Assembly: GCA_038748065.1 (NCBI GenBank)
Contig: JBCDJG010000008.1
Span: 35,548 to 99,547, forward strand
Length of the DNA stretch: 64,000 nt
Direction: 5' to 3'
Origin: Pseudomonadota bacterium
GTDB lineage: Bacteria > Pseudomonadota > Gammaproteobacteria > Pseudomonadales > Halieaceae
Both the position numbers and the translations under genes were made by a program. This document shows, in pieces, positions 18,775 through 28,357 of this stretch; position 1 is the first letter of the stretch, and every line of letters starts with the position of its first letter. The notes beneath the pieces were generated by a model that searched no databases, was not told where the DNA came from, and worked only from the letters and a program-made list of their open reading frames with translations.

Positions 18775-20454
18775 ATGCAAGGCGTGAAGAACCCCATACC
18801 CGGTGTCGTCTACCCGAAAAACGAAGACCTGGCGCATTACCTATCGCAGGGCCCGCTAGGTGAAGAGACTCTGATCGAAGCGCTCATGAAGGCTATGACG
18901 CAGTGGGCAGACCGGGTAGCGATCTTCGCGCCGGACGACAGCATTACCTACGGCAAATTGGATCAGGTCTCGGACTGTTTCGCTGGCGCGCTCATTGATC
19001 TCGGGCTGGAGCCCTGTGAGCGGGTCGTGTTCCAGGTCGCCAACAGCATCGAGTTAGTCATCGCAATCGTGGCGTGTTGGAAGGCTGGCCTGATACCGCT
19101 ATGCACCCTCGCAGCGCACCGCGATCAGGAGATTTCCTACCTTGCCAGGCATGCGGGTGCCAGCGCCCATTTTATTGGCATTGAAGATAACTTCGATTTC
19201 GCCAGCTTCGCCGCATCGATTGCAGCAAAAACGCCAACGCTCAGACATACCGTTGTCATCAGGGGCGATGGGCCCGACTCGCTTCTACACATGCGCGCCA
19301 TGATCGAGTCCCAGGACCGGAAGAGCGCTCGCCAGCGTATTGCGCAGATCGAGCGTGACCCATTCCAGGCCACTGTGTTTCAACTGTCCGGCGGTACCAC
19401 GAGCATCCCCAAGATCATTCCGCGCTTCAGCAACGAGTATCTTTACAACATGCGAGCCGTGGCCGAGCGCTTACAGTACAGCGAGGATACCGTGACCTTC
19501 ATGCCACTGCAGGTCATCCATAACGCGGCGATGGCCTGCGTCATATTTCCGACCCTGCTCAGCGGAGGCAAAAGCGGCGTAAGCCCCGCCGCAGACCCGG
19601 TGACCGTGTTCCAGATGCTCACGGAGCACAAGCCGACACACTTCGGTGTCATGGGCGCCGCGCTCTCCCGCATGAAGCAGGCAGGCATCGTAGACCTGCT
19701 GCCGCTTGATCAGGTGACCGCGGTGATGAGCCCGGGCGCCGCACGCCAGACGGAGGAAGTACTCGGCGTACCGGGTATTAATCTGTTCGGCATGACGGAG
19801 GGTTTAATCGCCGCCTGCGCGCCCACCGACCCCGCTGAAGCGAGGGCCAACACCATCGGCCGCCCGGTATCGGAATGGGACGATGTAAAGATACTGGCGC
19901 CCGGAACAGAACAGGAGCTGCCAGCCGGCGAAATCGGGGAAATGGTCTCGAAAGGCCCCTATACCTTCTGCGGCTATTTCAATGCGCCAGAGCGGAACGC
20001 CGAAGCCTTCACCACAGGCGGCTACTACCGGTCTGGCGACCTGATGCGTACCGTGCTCATCGACGGCAGGCAGTACTACAGTTTTGAAGGGCGCCTCAAG
20101 GATGTCGTAAGTCGTGGCGGCGAGAAAATCAACTGCGCAGAAGTTGAACGCGTGGCCAGCCTGCACCCCGGCATCGCCGATATTATGATCGTCGCAATGC
20201 CGGATCCGGACTATGAAGAGCGTGCCTGCGCCTTTATTATCGCCAGTGGTGAGAGAGACGTACCAGATGTTACAACACTGAAGAATTTTCTTGTGGATCA
20301 AGGCCTGGCGAAATACAAGTGCCCGGAGCGTGTCGAAGTCATCGACGCCTTCCCGGTGACGGACTCAGGCAAGCCCAGCAAACCCATGCTACGTGAACTC
20401 ATCAGCGAGAAGCTGGCGGCAGAAGTACAGACAGAGGCTGAAGCGACCCTATGA
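18775..20454 (+). CDS. Aryl-acid adenylating enzyme, EntE/DhbE-like (2,3-dihydroxybenzoate-AMP ligase family)
   Basis: FQLSGGTTSIPKIIPR (AMP-binding core), GYYRSGDL and GRLKDVVSRGGEKINCAEVE are present. The ATG at 18775 has GAAGAGG upstream; the ORF-track N-terminal extension from 18487 overlaps the divergent promoter. Confidence 0.9.
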   Translation: MQGVKNPIPGVVYPKNEDLAHYLSQGPLGEETLIEALMKAMTQWADRVAIFAPDDSITYGKLDQVSDCFAGALIDLGLEPCERVVFQVANSIELVIAIVACWKAGLIPLCTLAAHRDQEISYLARHAGASAHFIGIEDNFDFASFAASIAAKTPTLRHTVVIRGDGPDSLLHMRAMIESQDRKSARQRIAQIERDPFQATVFQLSGGTTSIPKIIPRFSNEYLYNMRAVAERLQYSEDTVTFMPLQVIHNAAMACVIFPTLLSGGKSGVSPAADPVTVFQMLTEHKPTHFGVMGAALSRMKQAGIVDLLPLDQVTAVMSPGAARQTEEVLGVPGINLFGMTEGLIAACAPTDPAEARANTIGRPVSEWDDVKILAPGTEQELPAGEIGEMVSKGPYTFCGYFNAPERNAEAFTTGGYYRSGDLMRTVLIDGRQYYSFEGRLKDVVSRGGEKINCAEVERVASLHPGIADIMIVAMPDPDYEERACAFIIASGERDVPDVTTLKNFLVDQGLAKYKCPERVEVIDAFPVTDSGKPSKPMLRELISEKLAAEVQTEAEATL

Positions 20455-21806
20455 AACGCGCCATGATTGCAGCCGCCCTGGCGCTCGCGGCTGGCGCCGT
20501 CTACTGGATCGATCTTAAGGCGCAGCGCATAGGCTTCGCCATGTCGAAGATGGTTTGCAGCGAGATGTTCGTTGCCGGGAGAAGCTTTGAAGACCTGGCG
20601 GCCAATGATCTGCCCTTTCTTTCGCCCGCCACAAAGCACCTGAGCATCAACATCGATGAGGCCACGCGCTCCGTGTCCGTGAGCATCTTTGGCCTTGGCA
20701 AAACCGAGATGAGTCATCACCCTGTCCTTGGCTGTGCAGATAAAACAGCGAGGGCGCGCCTGGCCGCGATCCCGCTTGATAGCAGCACTGTCAGACCGCA
20801 TGCCTTTGAGGATGTCTCTGAGCGCTTCCCGGTGACCAATAAGCTGGTTTCCTCGGCTATGAAGGACCAGGAGCAAACGCGCCATAGGGCAATTGTTGTG
20901 CTTTACAAAGGCGAGTTGGTGGCAGAGCACTACGCGCCGGGCTTCGATGCCAGCGTGCGCTTCTGGAGCCATTCCATGGCCAAGTCAGTGAATGCAACGC
21001 TACTCAGCATCGCTGATCAGCAGGGCCTTCTGTCACTGGATGGTGGCGCGCTTGTACCGGAATGGGGGGCCAACGACAAGCGCTCCCGGATCACCCATCG
21101 CCACCTCACCGATATGGCGAGCGGCCTGGATTTCCAAGAAGACTACGAACTCTTCTTCGGTGATTTTTTCGAGATGATGCTAGCCGGGGATACGGGCCAT
21201 TTCGCGGCGGGTCTTGATCTCGCTCACACCCCGGGAGAGCGCTGGTTTTACTCGAGCGCGGATTCCAACCTTGCCGCTCGAGCGCTGGCGCTGGCCCTGG
21301 GCCAGCAGGGCACCAGCACGCAGGCCTTTGCCCACCGCCATCTCTTTGCGCCGCTCGGCATAACCAGCGCGGTCCTGGAGTTCGATACCGCGGGCACTTT
21401 CGTCGGCTCGAGCTTTATGTATGCAACTGCCATGGACTGGGCCCGGTTGGGCCAGGCCTATCTTCAGAATGGCCAGTGGCAGGGGCAGCAGATCATCCCC
21501 AGGGCTTGGGTAGAAGGTATACAAATGCCCCTGGCAAGCTCGGCGGGCACGTATCGGCACGGTATGTGGCTCAATCGACAGGAGCCCGAGGGACGATGGC
21601 CAAACCTGCCGCCAGATACCTTTAACTTTGATGGCAACCAGGCACAGTACGTGGCCGTCATTCCCTCGATGGACATCGTTATTGCGCGACTCGGCCAGAC
21701 CCAGCCAAAGTACTGGCGCGACGTGCGCCGTTTTCTCGGCGAGCTGGCGCTCTCGGTTACGGCGGAAGCTGCCCCACAGGATGCCCTGGCCCGCGCGCGC
21801 AAGTGA
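20451..21806 (+). CDS. Serine hydrolase, beta-lactamase (class C / esterase) family
   Basis: 451 aa. It has an SxxK motif (SMAK in WSHSMAKSV) and a YSS/YxN-like motif (WFYSSADSN). The ATGA overlaps the ligase stop, so the two are probably co-translated. Confidence 0.8.
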   Translation: MKRAMIAAALALAAGAVYWIDLKAQRIGFAMSKMVCSEMFVAGRSFEDLAANDLPFLSPATKHLSINIDEATRSVSVSIFGLGKTEMSHHPVLGCADKTARARLAAIPLDSSTVRPHAFEDVSERFPVTNKLVSSAMKDQEQTRHRAIVVLYKGELVAEHYAPGFDASVRFWSHSMAKSVNATLLSIADQQGLLSLDGGALVPEWGANDKRSRITHRHLTDMASGLDFQEDYELFFGDFFEMMLAGDTGHFAAGLDLAHTPGERWFYSSADSNLAARALALALGQQGTSTQAFAHRHLFAPLGITSAVLEFDTAGTFVGSSFMYATAMDWARLGQAYLQNGQWQGQQIIPRAWVEGIQMPLASSAGTYRHGMWLNRQEPEGRWPNLPPDTFNFDGNQAQYVAVIPSMDIVIARLGQTQPKYWRDVRRFLGELALSVTAEAAPQDALARARK

Positions 21807-21823
21807 GGCGAGCAACGCGAGTG

Positions 21824-22759
21824 TCAGAGTCGGTCTAGCTGCGCCTCAACAATGCCACGAAACCATTGGTGTTCCGGGTCTGCATCAAAAGCGCTGTTCC
21901 AGATCATGCCAAAATTGAATTCAGGCCACTCAAACGGCAACTCCATAATCTCCAGTGCCAGCTGTTCTGACATTCTCTGCGCCTGACGGTGTGGCACTAC
22001 CGCCAAAACATCGGCAGAGCGTAGGCCATAAAGCATGGCAGAAAGCGATGTGAACTCGCCGGCCGCCTTCAGTTTTATGCCAAGGCCAGCGCCAATCTCC
22101 TTGGTCGGCTGACCATATACGGTACCTAAGGCCGGGCTGTATTCCAGGAATTCCGATGACTGGAAGTCCTCGAGGCTGATTGAACCACCATATTTCCCGG
22201 TGTCGGCTCGCGCCACTACCACCAGGCGGTCGGTAAAGCTCGCTTTGGATTGGAGAGCACCAGAGCCGACCTTCGACACGGTCGGCTCGATGGCCCCGAT
22301 GATGAGGTCAAGGTGACCGGAACGCATGCGGTCAAAGGTGTCTGGTTGCACGCAGGAAAAGGTGACCCGGGTATTGGGCGCTTCAGAAGACACGGCTGCG
22401 ATCAGCTTATCGGACAGCGATTCGATAACCAGGTCGGGACTAACCAGTGTGAAGTTCTTCTCCAACTCTGCTGGCTCAAAGCGTACGTCTTCCGCCAGTG
22501 ATTCGATCGACTCGATAATATCCTCGATGGGGTCAAGCAGGCTTTCGGCGCGGCGGGTCAATAGCATCCGACGACCAGAGCGCACCAGCAGATCGTCCTG
22601 AAAGGCATAGCGAAGTCGGCCAAGGGAGGCGCTGACCGCTGACTGGGTCAGGCCCATCTTTTCACCAACACGGGTGGTGTTGGGCTCCTTCAATAACTCG
22701 CGCAGAATGTAGAGCAGGTTGAGATCTATGCGGCGCATGGCAGACTGCCTGAGTTGCAA
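21824..22759 (-). CDS. LysR family transcriptional regulator
   Basis: 311 aa with an N-terminal wHTH (IDLNLLYILRELLKEPNTTRVGEKMGLTQSAVSASLGRLR). Confidence 0.9.
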   Translation of the reverse strand: MQLRQSAMRRIDLNLLYILRELLKEPNTTRVGEKMGLTQSAVSASLGRLRYAFQDDLLVRSGRRMLLTRRAESLLDPIEDIIESIESLAEDVRFEPAELEKNFTLVSPDLVIESLSDKLIAAVSSEAPNTRVTFSCVQPDTFDRMRSGHLDLIIGAIEPTVSKVGSGALQSKASFTDRLVVVARADTGKYGGSISLEDFQSSEFLEYSPALGTVYGQPTKEIGAGLGIKLKAAGEFTSLSAMLYGLRSADVLAVVPHRQAQRMSEQLALEIMELPFEWPEFNFGMIWNSAFDADPEHQWFRGIVEAQLDRL

Positions 22760-22845
22760 GACGGATAAGAGGGACCTTCACAGCAATATATTAGCGCTGC
22801 GAGCCCTAGCTGTCACGAATCTGGGCCCGGGCTAGCGCGAGGTCT

Positions 22846-23574
22846 CTAGGCGACGAAGGACGACCACACATAATACGTGCACAGTGATAGCAGCGGCACG
22901 GTATTGAGCATGTGCATACTGGGGGGCATAAGCCAGCGATAAACGCTGAAAGGCGTGTAGCGTTTGCTCAGCGCAAGCACAAGGCCCAGCACAAAGTGAT
23001 TAACCAGGCACATCCATACCGGAAAAATCGACTCCCCAATAAACACAAGATAGGAAAAAAGACAGGAGCCCAAAAACTGCATCGCCAGCACGGCCGTGGG
23101 AAACGGAGTCCAGATCGCCAAAGCTGTGCTGAAAAAGTCGTTGACGACTTCGCGCTGCTCGCCTTGCGCAGGCAGCTTATCCCGGGCATGGTTGATCTCG
23201 TTCAGCACGCCAAACAGGGTATGTGAAACAACCCCGTAGACCATCATGCCACCGAGTAGCAGAGCCGTAATGCCGGCCCACCAGATTCCAGCGGGCAATA
23301 AGCCGACAAAGACAGTAACGAAGCCCAGGCTGCAGGGTAGCAGCGCAAGGCCGCCAACGATCGACGCCCAGTAGCGGCGCTGGCGTGAAATCCCGACACC
23401 GCTGGTTTCCAGATAGCTCACCCACGCGCCTTCAACACCGCTCATATCAAACGCTTTGCCCTCGGCAGAGAGGGGGCGCGTCCAACCTATCCAGTCGGTA
23501 ATCATTACCGTTGCGGAACCAAGTACGCCGAGCACACCGAGCGCACAAACAAACAAAGCTGTTTCAGGGGTCAT
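22846..23574 (-). CDS. Polytopic membrane protein of unknown function
   Basis: 242 aa with about 7 hydrophobic segments. I recognise no family motif. Confidence 0.5.
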   Translation of the reverse strand: MTPETALFVCALGVLGVLGSATVMITDWIGWTRPLSAEGKAFDMSGVEGAWVSYLETSGVGISRQRRYWASIVGGLALLPCSLGFVTVFVGLLPAGIWWAGITALLLGGMMVYGVVSHTLFGVLNEINHARDKLPAQGEQREVVNDFFSTALAIWTPFPTAVLAMQFLGSCLFSYLVFIGESIFPVWMCLVNHFVLGLVLALSKRYTPFSVYRWLMPPSMHMLNTVPLLSLCTYYVWSSFVA

Positions 23575-23757
23575 GGGCGGGGCTCATACCAGTTTTTTTA
23601 GGAGCTTCTAGGATGCTCATATTAGGGCAAGCGTCGGCGGCCAAGGAAACAAAAGATTCCCGTCACACTCATGCTCCGAATTCATGCTTGACCCTTCCGG
23701 CTCACTCACCTAGTTTGCAAGCCTTTAGCGACCCCATCACTTGAGAGTCTTGCTCAA

Positions 23758-24693
23758 ATGCCCCTTCCACCCCTCGACAACATCAACACCGTAGCGGTCA
23801 TCGGTTGCGGCTCCATCGGAGCGGGCTGGGCAGCCCAATTTCTCCTCAAAGGTATTAAGGTCAAGGCCTATGATCCGGACCGAGACCGTGAGCATGCGCT
23901 TCGCGCAACGCTTGACAGGGCCCTGGACCTGCTCGCAACGGATCCGGACATCGCTGCTCAGGCACAAAACAGTCTGACCTTTTGCGCAAGCATGTTGGAG
24001 GCTATTCAGGGCGCTCAATTCGTGCAGGAATGCGTGCCTGAGCGTCTCGATCTCAAGCATGCCACGCTGGCAGAGATTGATGCACTTTGCTCGCCAGATA
24101 TTGTCGTCGCCTCATCCACATCCGGAATCACGGCGAGCCGGCTGCAGAGCGCCTGCGCGCAGCCGAGTAGGCTAGTTGTCGGCCACCCCTTTCACCCCGT
24201 CTATCTCGTGCCGCTGGTCGAGGTCGTCGGTGGCGCCCTGACCAATCCAGTCGTGCTGGATTGGAGCATGGCTTTCTATCGACAGATCGGTAAGTCGCCC
24301 TTGCTCTGCCGCGGGGAAATCCAGGGCCACATCGCAAATCGGCTACAAACCGCAGTCGCCGAAGAGGCTTTGCGGCTGATTGACGCCGGCATTGCCAGCA
24401 CAGCGGACATCGACCAGGCGGTGACCGACGGTCCGGGATTTCGCTGGAGCACCATAGGGCCGATGCTGACCTGGCACCTGGCCTCATCAAAAGGCATTGA
24501 AGCCGTTATGGAAGGCGAGTTCGGCTTCAGCTTGGACGAAATTGACTGCCTGTCGCATACCGACGGTGGCAAATCGTTAACCGAGAAAGTCGTCCAGAGC
24601 AGCAAGCAGCAGGTCGCAGGTCAGTCGCGGGCGCAGCTCGAGGATCAGCGTGATCGCTTCCTGGCGAAGCTCTTGACCCTTCGGCAAGACTAG
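23758..24693 (+). CDS. 3-hydroxyacyl-CoA dehydrogenase family / L-carnitine dehydrogenase-like NAD-dependent dehydrogenase
   Basis: 311 aa with a Rossmann motif (VAVIGCGSIGAGWAAQF) and the C-terminal domain typical of 3HCDH proteins. Confidence 0.8.
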   Translation: MPLPPLDNINTVAVIGCGSIGAGWAAQFLLKGIKVKAYDPDRDREHALRATLDRALDLLATDPDIAAQAQNSLTFCASMLEAIQGAQFVQECVPERLDLKHATLAEIDALCSPDIVVASSTSGITASRLQSACAQPSRLVVGHPFHPVYLVPLVEVVGGALTNPVVLDWSMAFYRQIGKSPLLCRGEIQGHIANRLQTAVAEEALRLIDAGIASTADIDQAVTDGPGFRWSTIGPMLTWHLASSKGIEAVMEGEFGFSLDEIDCLSHTDGGKSLTEKVVQSSKQQVAGQSRAQLEDQRDRFLAKLLTLRQD

Positions 24694-24849
24694 CCTGCGC
24701 CTATCAGGCTTTCTGATTACTGGGATGTGAAAGATTTATTATTATCTTTACGTTAAGCTTGTTAGCGTTGTCGCCGGTTGCCTTTGTTCAAAACAGGTCA
24801 AGACAACGGCAGCCACAGACAGAAGCCGATAGAGACAAGAGAATCCAAC

Positions 24850-27534
24850 GTGCCCAGACTACTCCAAAATATCCCTTTGCTCTTACCTGTATGCCTTGGC
24901 CTCAGCACCCTGTGTTTAGCCCTGGGCACCGCGAGGGCAACAGCCCAGGGCCTGCCAGAGGTGATGGGCATCAATGCCCCAGGGCAAGGTAAACAGAACA
25001 GCTCCGCCAGCGCGATTCCCGCGAGTGCCTACGACAGCCAGCGAGACATGTTCGCCAACCTGCTGCAGGCGGCACCTTCGCTGGAGGACGACGAGGCGCT
25101 ATTGGCATTTTACCGGCCTATGTCCTTCGAGCCGCTGGCCGAGGAAGACATTGGCAGCCGCGTTCGCCCCCGCAAGGATGTGGAAATCGTGCGCGATCGC
25201 ATTCACTGGGTGCCACGCGTTCGCGGTGAAACGCGGGAAGCAGCCATGTTCGGCGCGGGCTACGCACGTGCCCAGGATCGCCTGTGGCAGATGGACGTGA
25301 ACAGGCATATCTGGCGTTCACGCCTGATCGAGATTCTCGGGCGTGGAGACAACAATGAGCATCTTGAGCAGGATCTCATGACGGCCCAGCGCAACGACTA
25401 TAGCGAGGCTGAACTACAAGCCATGTTTGATCAGCTGGACGAGCGCTTCGGCGAGTGGGGCGCGCTGGTACAGAGTGATCTGGCAGCCTATGTCGCCGGC
25501 ACCAATGCCTTTATCGCTGAAGTTCTGGCCGAAGAAAGTCTGCTGCCGGCGGAATACAAGGCGCGCGCCATTCAACCCGGTCAGTGGAGGGTAACAGACT
25601 ACATTGCCGAAGCCGCCCATTCTTCCATGTCCTACAGAACGGGCACCGGCAAACTCTTGGGGCCGCGCGAAGTGGGCAATGCGCGCTTGCTGCAGCAGCT
25701 ACAGGCCAAATACGGCGAAGAGGCCGGCTATGCGGTCTTTCGCGACATGCGCAATCGAGACGATGCCGACGTACAGACGGTTCACCCAACGCGCAGGGCT
25801 GTTAACCTCGACCAGGACGACCCCAGGGCGCTGGCGCTGCCGGATCTCGGCTCCTATGAGGCTTTGCATCCGCTGGAGGGCTTCACCGCAGGCTATCGCT
25901 TGAAAGCGGAAGCGGATTCAGGCCGTTCTAACGCCCTGCTCGTGGATGGCCGATTCACCACAAGCGGGCGTCCAATCTCGGTACAGGGCCCGCAGGACGG
26001 CTTTGCCTACCCCCACTTCTATAACTCAGAGATACAGATTGTCGGGCCCGACCTTGCCGCTCACGGCATACTGGAGCTCTATGGCCCCTACCCTTTCAAC
26101 GGCGGTCGCGGCGCCACCTTTGCCGCCTCACTGACATCACAGTACACCGATACCGCCGACACCTTCGTATTGAAGCTCTGCGATGACAGCGCTGGCCAAA
26201 GCAGTGACGCTCCGACACACTACGTCTACCGCGGCGAGTGTATCCCCTTCGATAAGATCACACGCGAGCGACAGGCCCTGGGTGAAAGCAAGGCTATCAC
26301 CCTGCGCACCCTGCGCTCCGTCTATGGGCCAGTCATCGGCCGCGCCACCGTCGATGGCGAGCCGGTCGTACTGACCCAGGCGCGCTCCACCTGGTTTCAG
26401 GAGGTCGGGTCACTCATCGGCTACGCACAACTGGCGACGCCCTCGGCCAGCGAGTCCGCCGCCGATCTCGTCAACGCCATTGAGTTTGTGTCGAATCAGC
26501 TGGCGCATTATTTCGTCAACAAGGATGCAATCGCCTTCGCTGAAGGGAGTTTCGTGCCCCTACGCGCCAAGGGAGTCAGTGGCGACTTCCCGGTGTGGGG
26601 CAACGGCGACTGGGACTGGCAGGGTTTTGATCCTGACACCCACAGCTACGACCGCGTGCCTTTCTCTATGCATCCGCAGGCAATCAATCCCGCGAGCGGC
26701 GTGATTGCCTCCTGGAACAGCCAGATGGCACCAGGATGGTCAATCGCCGACAACAAGTGGACCTTCGGCTCCTTCCACAGAAACATGGCCCTGGAGCGCG
26801 AGTTAGCCAAGGTGCTCGCCGAGGGCAAGGCCTCCCAGGCCGATATCGTGAGGGCACATACGCTAGCCCAGGTCCTGGACGTAACCTGGGCCTCGCTATG
26901 GCCACGGGTCAAACCCATGATCGGTGAAACAAAGCAATCACGACTGCAGGAAGCTCTGTCGCTTCTTGACGACTGGGTCGAGGCTGGCGCCTACCGGGCG
27001 GACTTCGACGGTGATGGCTTCAACGAACACGGCGCAGCCCTTCACCTTGCCGATGCCTGGCGCAGCAGCCTGTCCCATCGCTACTACGACGTAATTTTTG
27101 GCGCGGCCATCGTCGCCGAGGCCGGGGAGCGCAACAATCTCCCGCCCCTGGTGCCGCATGGGGTGGCGAGTTCGCCGTCGACGCCGGCAACCCTTTGGCA
27201 AAACCCCCTTATGAAAGATCTCGCCTTTTATCTGGATTTGCCGCGCCGGGGTGATCTATCTCGTCGGTACTGCGGGTCAGGCAAGGCGGCCGACTGTCGC
27301 GCCTTGTTGATCGACAGCCTGTCAGAGGCCATCGATCGCAGAAGCGAGGTACTGGGCCAGAACTTCAGCGCCTGGCGCATGCCATCGGTCTGTCGCGATG
27401 AATGCAAAAAGGGGCCTCTCGGTGAAGCCTATCTGCAGATCGAGTTTACGGCGACCGATAAGGCACCTGCCATCGCTCCTATTCCCTGGCAAAACAGGCC
27501 CACCTTTGAGCTGACGGCCAGCTTCGATGACTAG
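24850..27534 (+). CDS. Penicillin/AHL acylase family Ntn hydrolase (peptidase S45), secreted
   Basis: The signal peptide starts at the GTG at 24850 (VPRLLQNIPLLLPVCLGLSTLCLALGTARA). The GRSNALLVDGRFTTSGRP beta-subunit N-terminal Ser nucleophile context is present. The ORF track starts at 24778. Confidence 0.85.
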   Translation: MPRLLQNIPLLLPVCLGLSTLCLALGTARATAQGLPEVMGINAPGQGKQNSSASAIPASAYDSQRDMFANLLQAAPSLEDDEALLAFYRPMSFEPLAEEDIGSRVRPRKDVEIVRDRIHWVPRVRGETREAAMFGAGYARAQDRLWQMDVNRHIWRSRLIEILGRGDNNEHLEQDLMTAQRNDYSEAELQAMFDQLDERFGEWGALVQSDLAAYVAGTNAFIAEVLAEESLLPAEYKARAIQPGQWRVTDYIAEAAHSSMSYRTGTGKLLGPREVGNARLLQQLQAKYGEEAGYAVFRDMRNRDDADVQTVHPTRRAVNLDQDDPRALALPDLGSYEALHPLEGFTAGYRLKAEADSGRSNALLVDGRFTTSGRPISVQGPQDGFAYPHFYNSEIQIVGPDLAAHGILELYGPYPFNGGRGATFAASLTSQYTDTADTFVLKLCDDSAGQSSDAPTHYVYRGECIPFDKITRERQALGESKAITLRTLRSVYGPVIGRATVDGEPVVLTQARSTWFQEVGSLIGYAQLATPSASESAADLVNAIEFVSNQLAHYFVNKDAIAFAEGSFVPLRAKGVSGDFPVWGNGDWDWQGFDPDTHSYDRVPFSMHPQAINPASGVIASWNSQMAPGWSIADNKWTFGSFHRNMALERELAKVLAEGKASQADIVRAHTLAQVLDVTWASLWPRVKPMIGETKQSRLQEALSLLDDWVEAGAYRADFDGDGFNEHGAALHLADAWRSSLSHRYYDVIFGAAIVAEAGERNNLPPLVPHGVASSPSTPATLWQNPLMKDLAFYLDLPRRGDLSRRYCGSGKAADCRALLIDSLSEAIDRRSEVLGQNFSAWRMPSVCRDECKKGPLGEAYLQIEFTATDKAPAIAPIPWQNRPTFELTASFDD

Positions 27535-27564
27535 GGGAGCTCTGATCGCCGTGCGGACGATACG

Positions 27565-27684
27565 CTAAAGAACAAGCTGCCAACTCCAGATATAGATGCC
27601 CAAGCCCAGCGCTGCCAAGGAAAGCCAGCGAATGGTGGCCACCAGGAGTTCACGCTGCTCCCTCTGTTTTTTTGAGATCAGCAT
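27565..27684 (-). CDS. Candidate 39-aa single-pass membrane micro-protein (MLISKKQREQRELLVATIRWLSLAALGLGIYIWSWQLVL)
   Basis: It is not in the ORF track because it is under 60 aa. Its ATG overlaps the stop of the upstream 166-aa ORF (GCATGCTGA). It has a basic N-terminus, one hydrophobic helix, and a GGGAG about 10 nt upstream. Confidence 0.3.
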   Translation of the reverse strand: MLISKKQREQRELLVATIRWLSLAALGLGIYIWSWQLVL

Positions 27685-28178
27685 GCCTCGCGCACTCCCA
27701 CCAGTTGCAGCTCTGGCCAGCCGGACAGCGTAAGCCCCGCACCGATCAACTCGCTTCCGAATTCGCCGGCGACGGCCACGACGTCACGCCGCTGCTCCTC
27801 ATGCACAAGTCCCCTGGCCAGGCGAGCGGTGAAACGTGGGCGATGCCCCTGGCCACTTAGCGCAACAAGTCGCACCAGCGCCAGTTCGTCGCGAGCAAGT
27901 TTGCGTTCGCCCGGTGGCCGAATCTCGATTCGACGTCGCGCCCCGCGTGCTACCAACGTCATAAAATGGTGGCACGGGGTAGCGGCCGACTGACAGTCGG
28001 CTTCTTCGAAGCGCCGGCGCAAATCACACACGGTACAACGACCATAGTGGGCAGACTGAACCCACTGTCGCAGACTCCAGGCGCAGAGGTATGCGCCGGC
28101 TGACAAATCTCTGGTACTCAGCTCGGGTGCTGCAAAGCTGCTGGTCGGAGTTGGACTGAGCGCGAACTGTCTGCGCAT
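27678..28178 (-). CDS. Cys-rich hypothetical protein, probably Fur-regulated
   Basis: 166 aa with a cysteine pattern C..(15)..CxxC..(10)..C..(6)..CHH. A near-consensus Fur box lies 54-72 nt upstream. I recognise no family. Confidence 0.55.
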   Translation of the reverse strand: MRRQFALSPTPTSSFAAPELSTRDLSAGAYLCAWSLRQWVQSAHYGRCTVCDLRRRFEEADCQSAATPCHHFMTLVARGARRRIEIRPPGERKLARDELALVRLVALSGQGHRPRFTARLARGLVHEEQRRDVVAVAGEFGSELIGAGLTLSGWPELQLVGVREAC

Positions 28179-28231
28179 GCTACCTGCCTTGATATGCCGG
28201 GTGATGAGAGATGACAGGAAGCCGCCTCCCT

Positions 28232-28250
28232 GCTAATGAGAATCATTATC
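28232..28250 (-). promoter_or_regulatory. Fur box (ferric uptake regulator operator)
   Basis: GCTAATGAGAATCATTATC matches the 19-bp consensus GATAATGATAATCATTATC at 17/19 positions. It lies in the 179-bp intergenic region upstream of the 166-aa ORF. Confidence 0.65.
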
Positions 28251-28357
28251 AATAAAGGGGCGGTGTTTTGCAAATAATTTTCTGCATAACCTTCACACAG
28301 TGCGTGCGAAGGAGTCAGGAGCTCGGCCGCAATGAGCGACAGCCCGGCATTGAGGAT

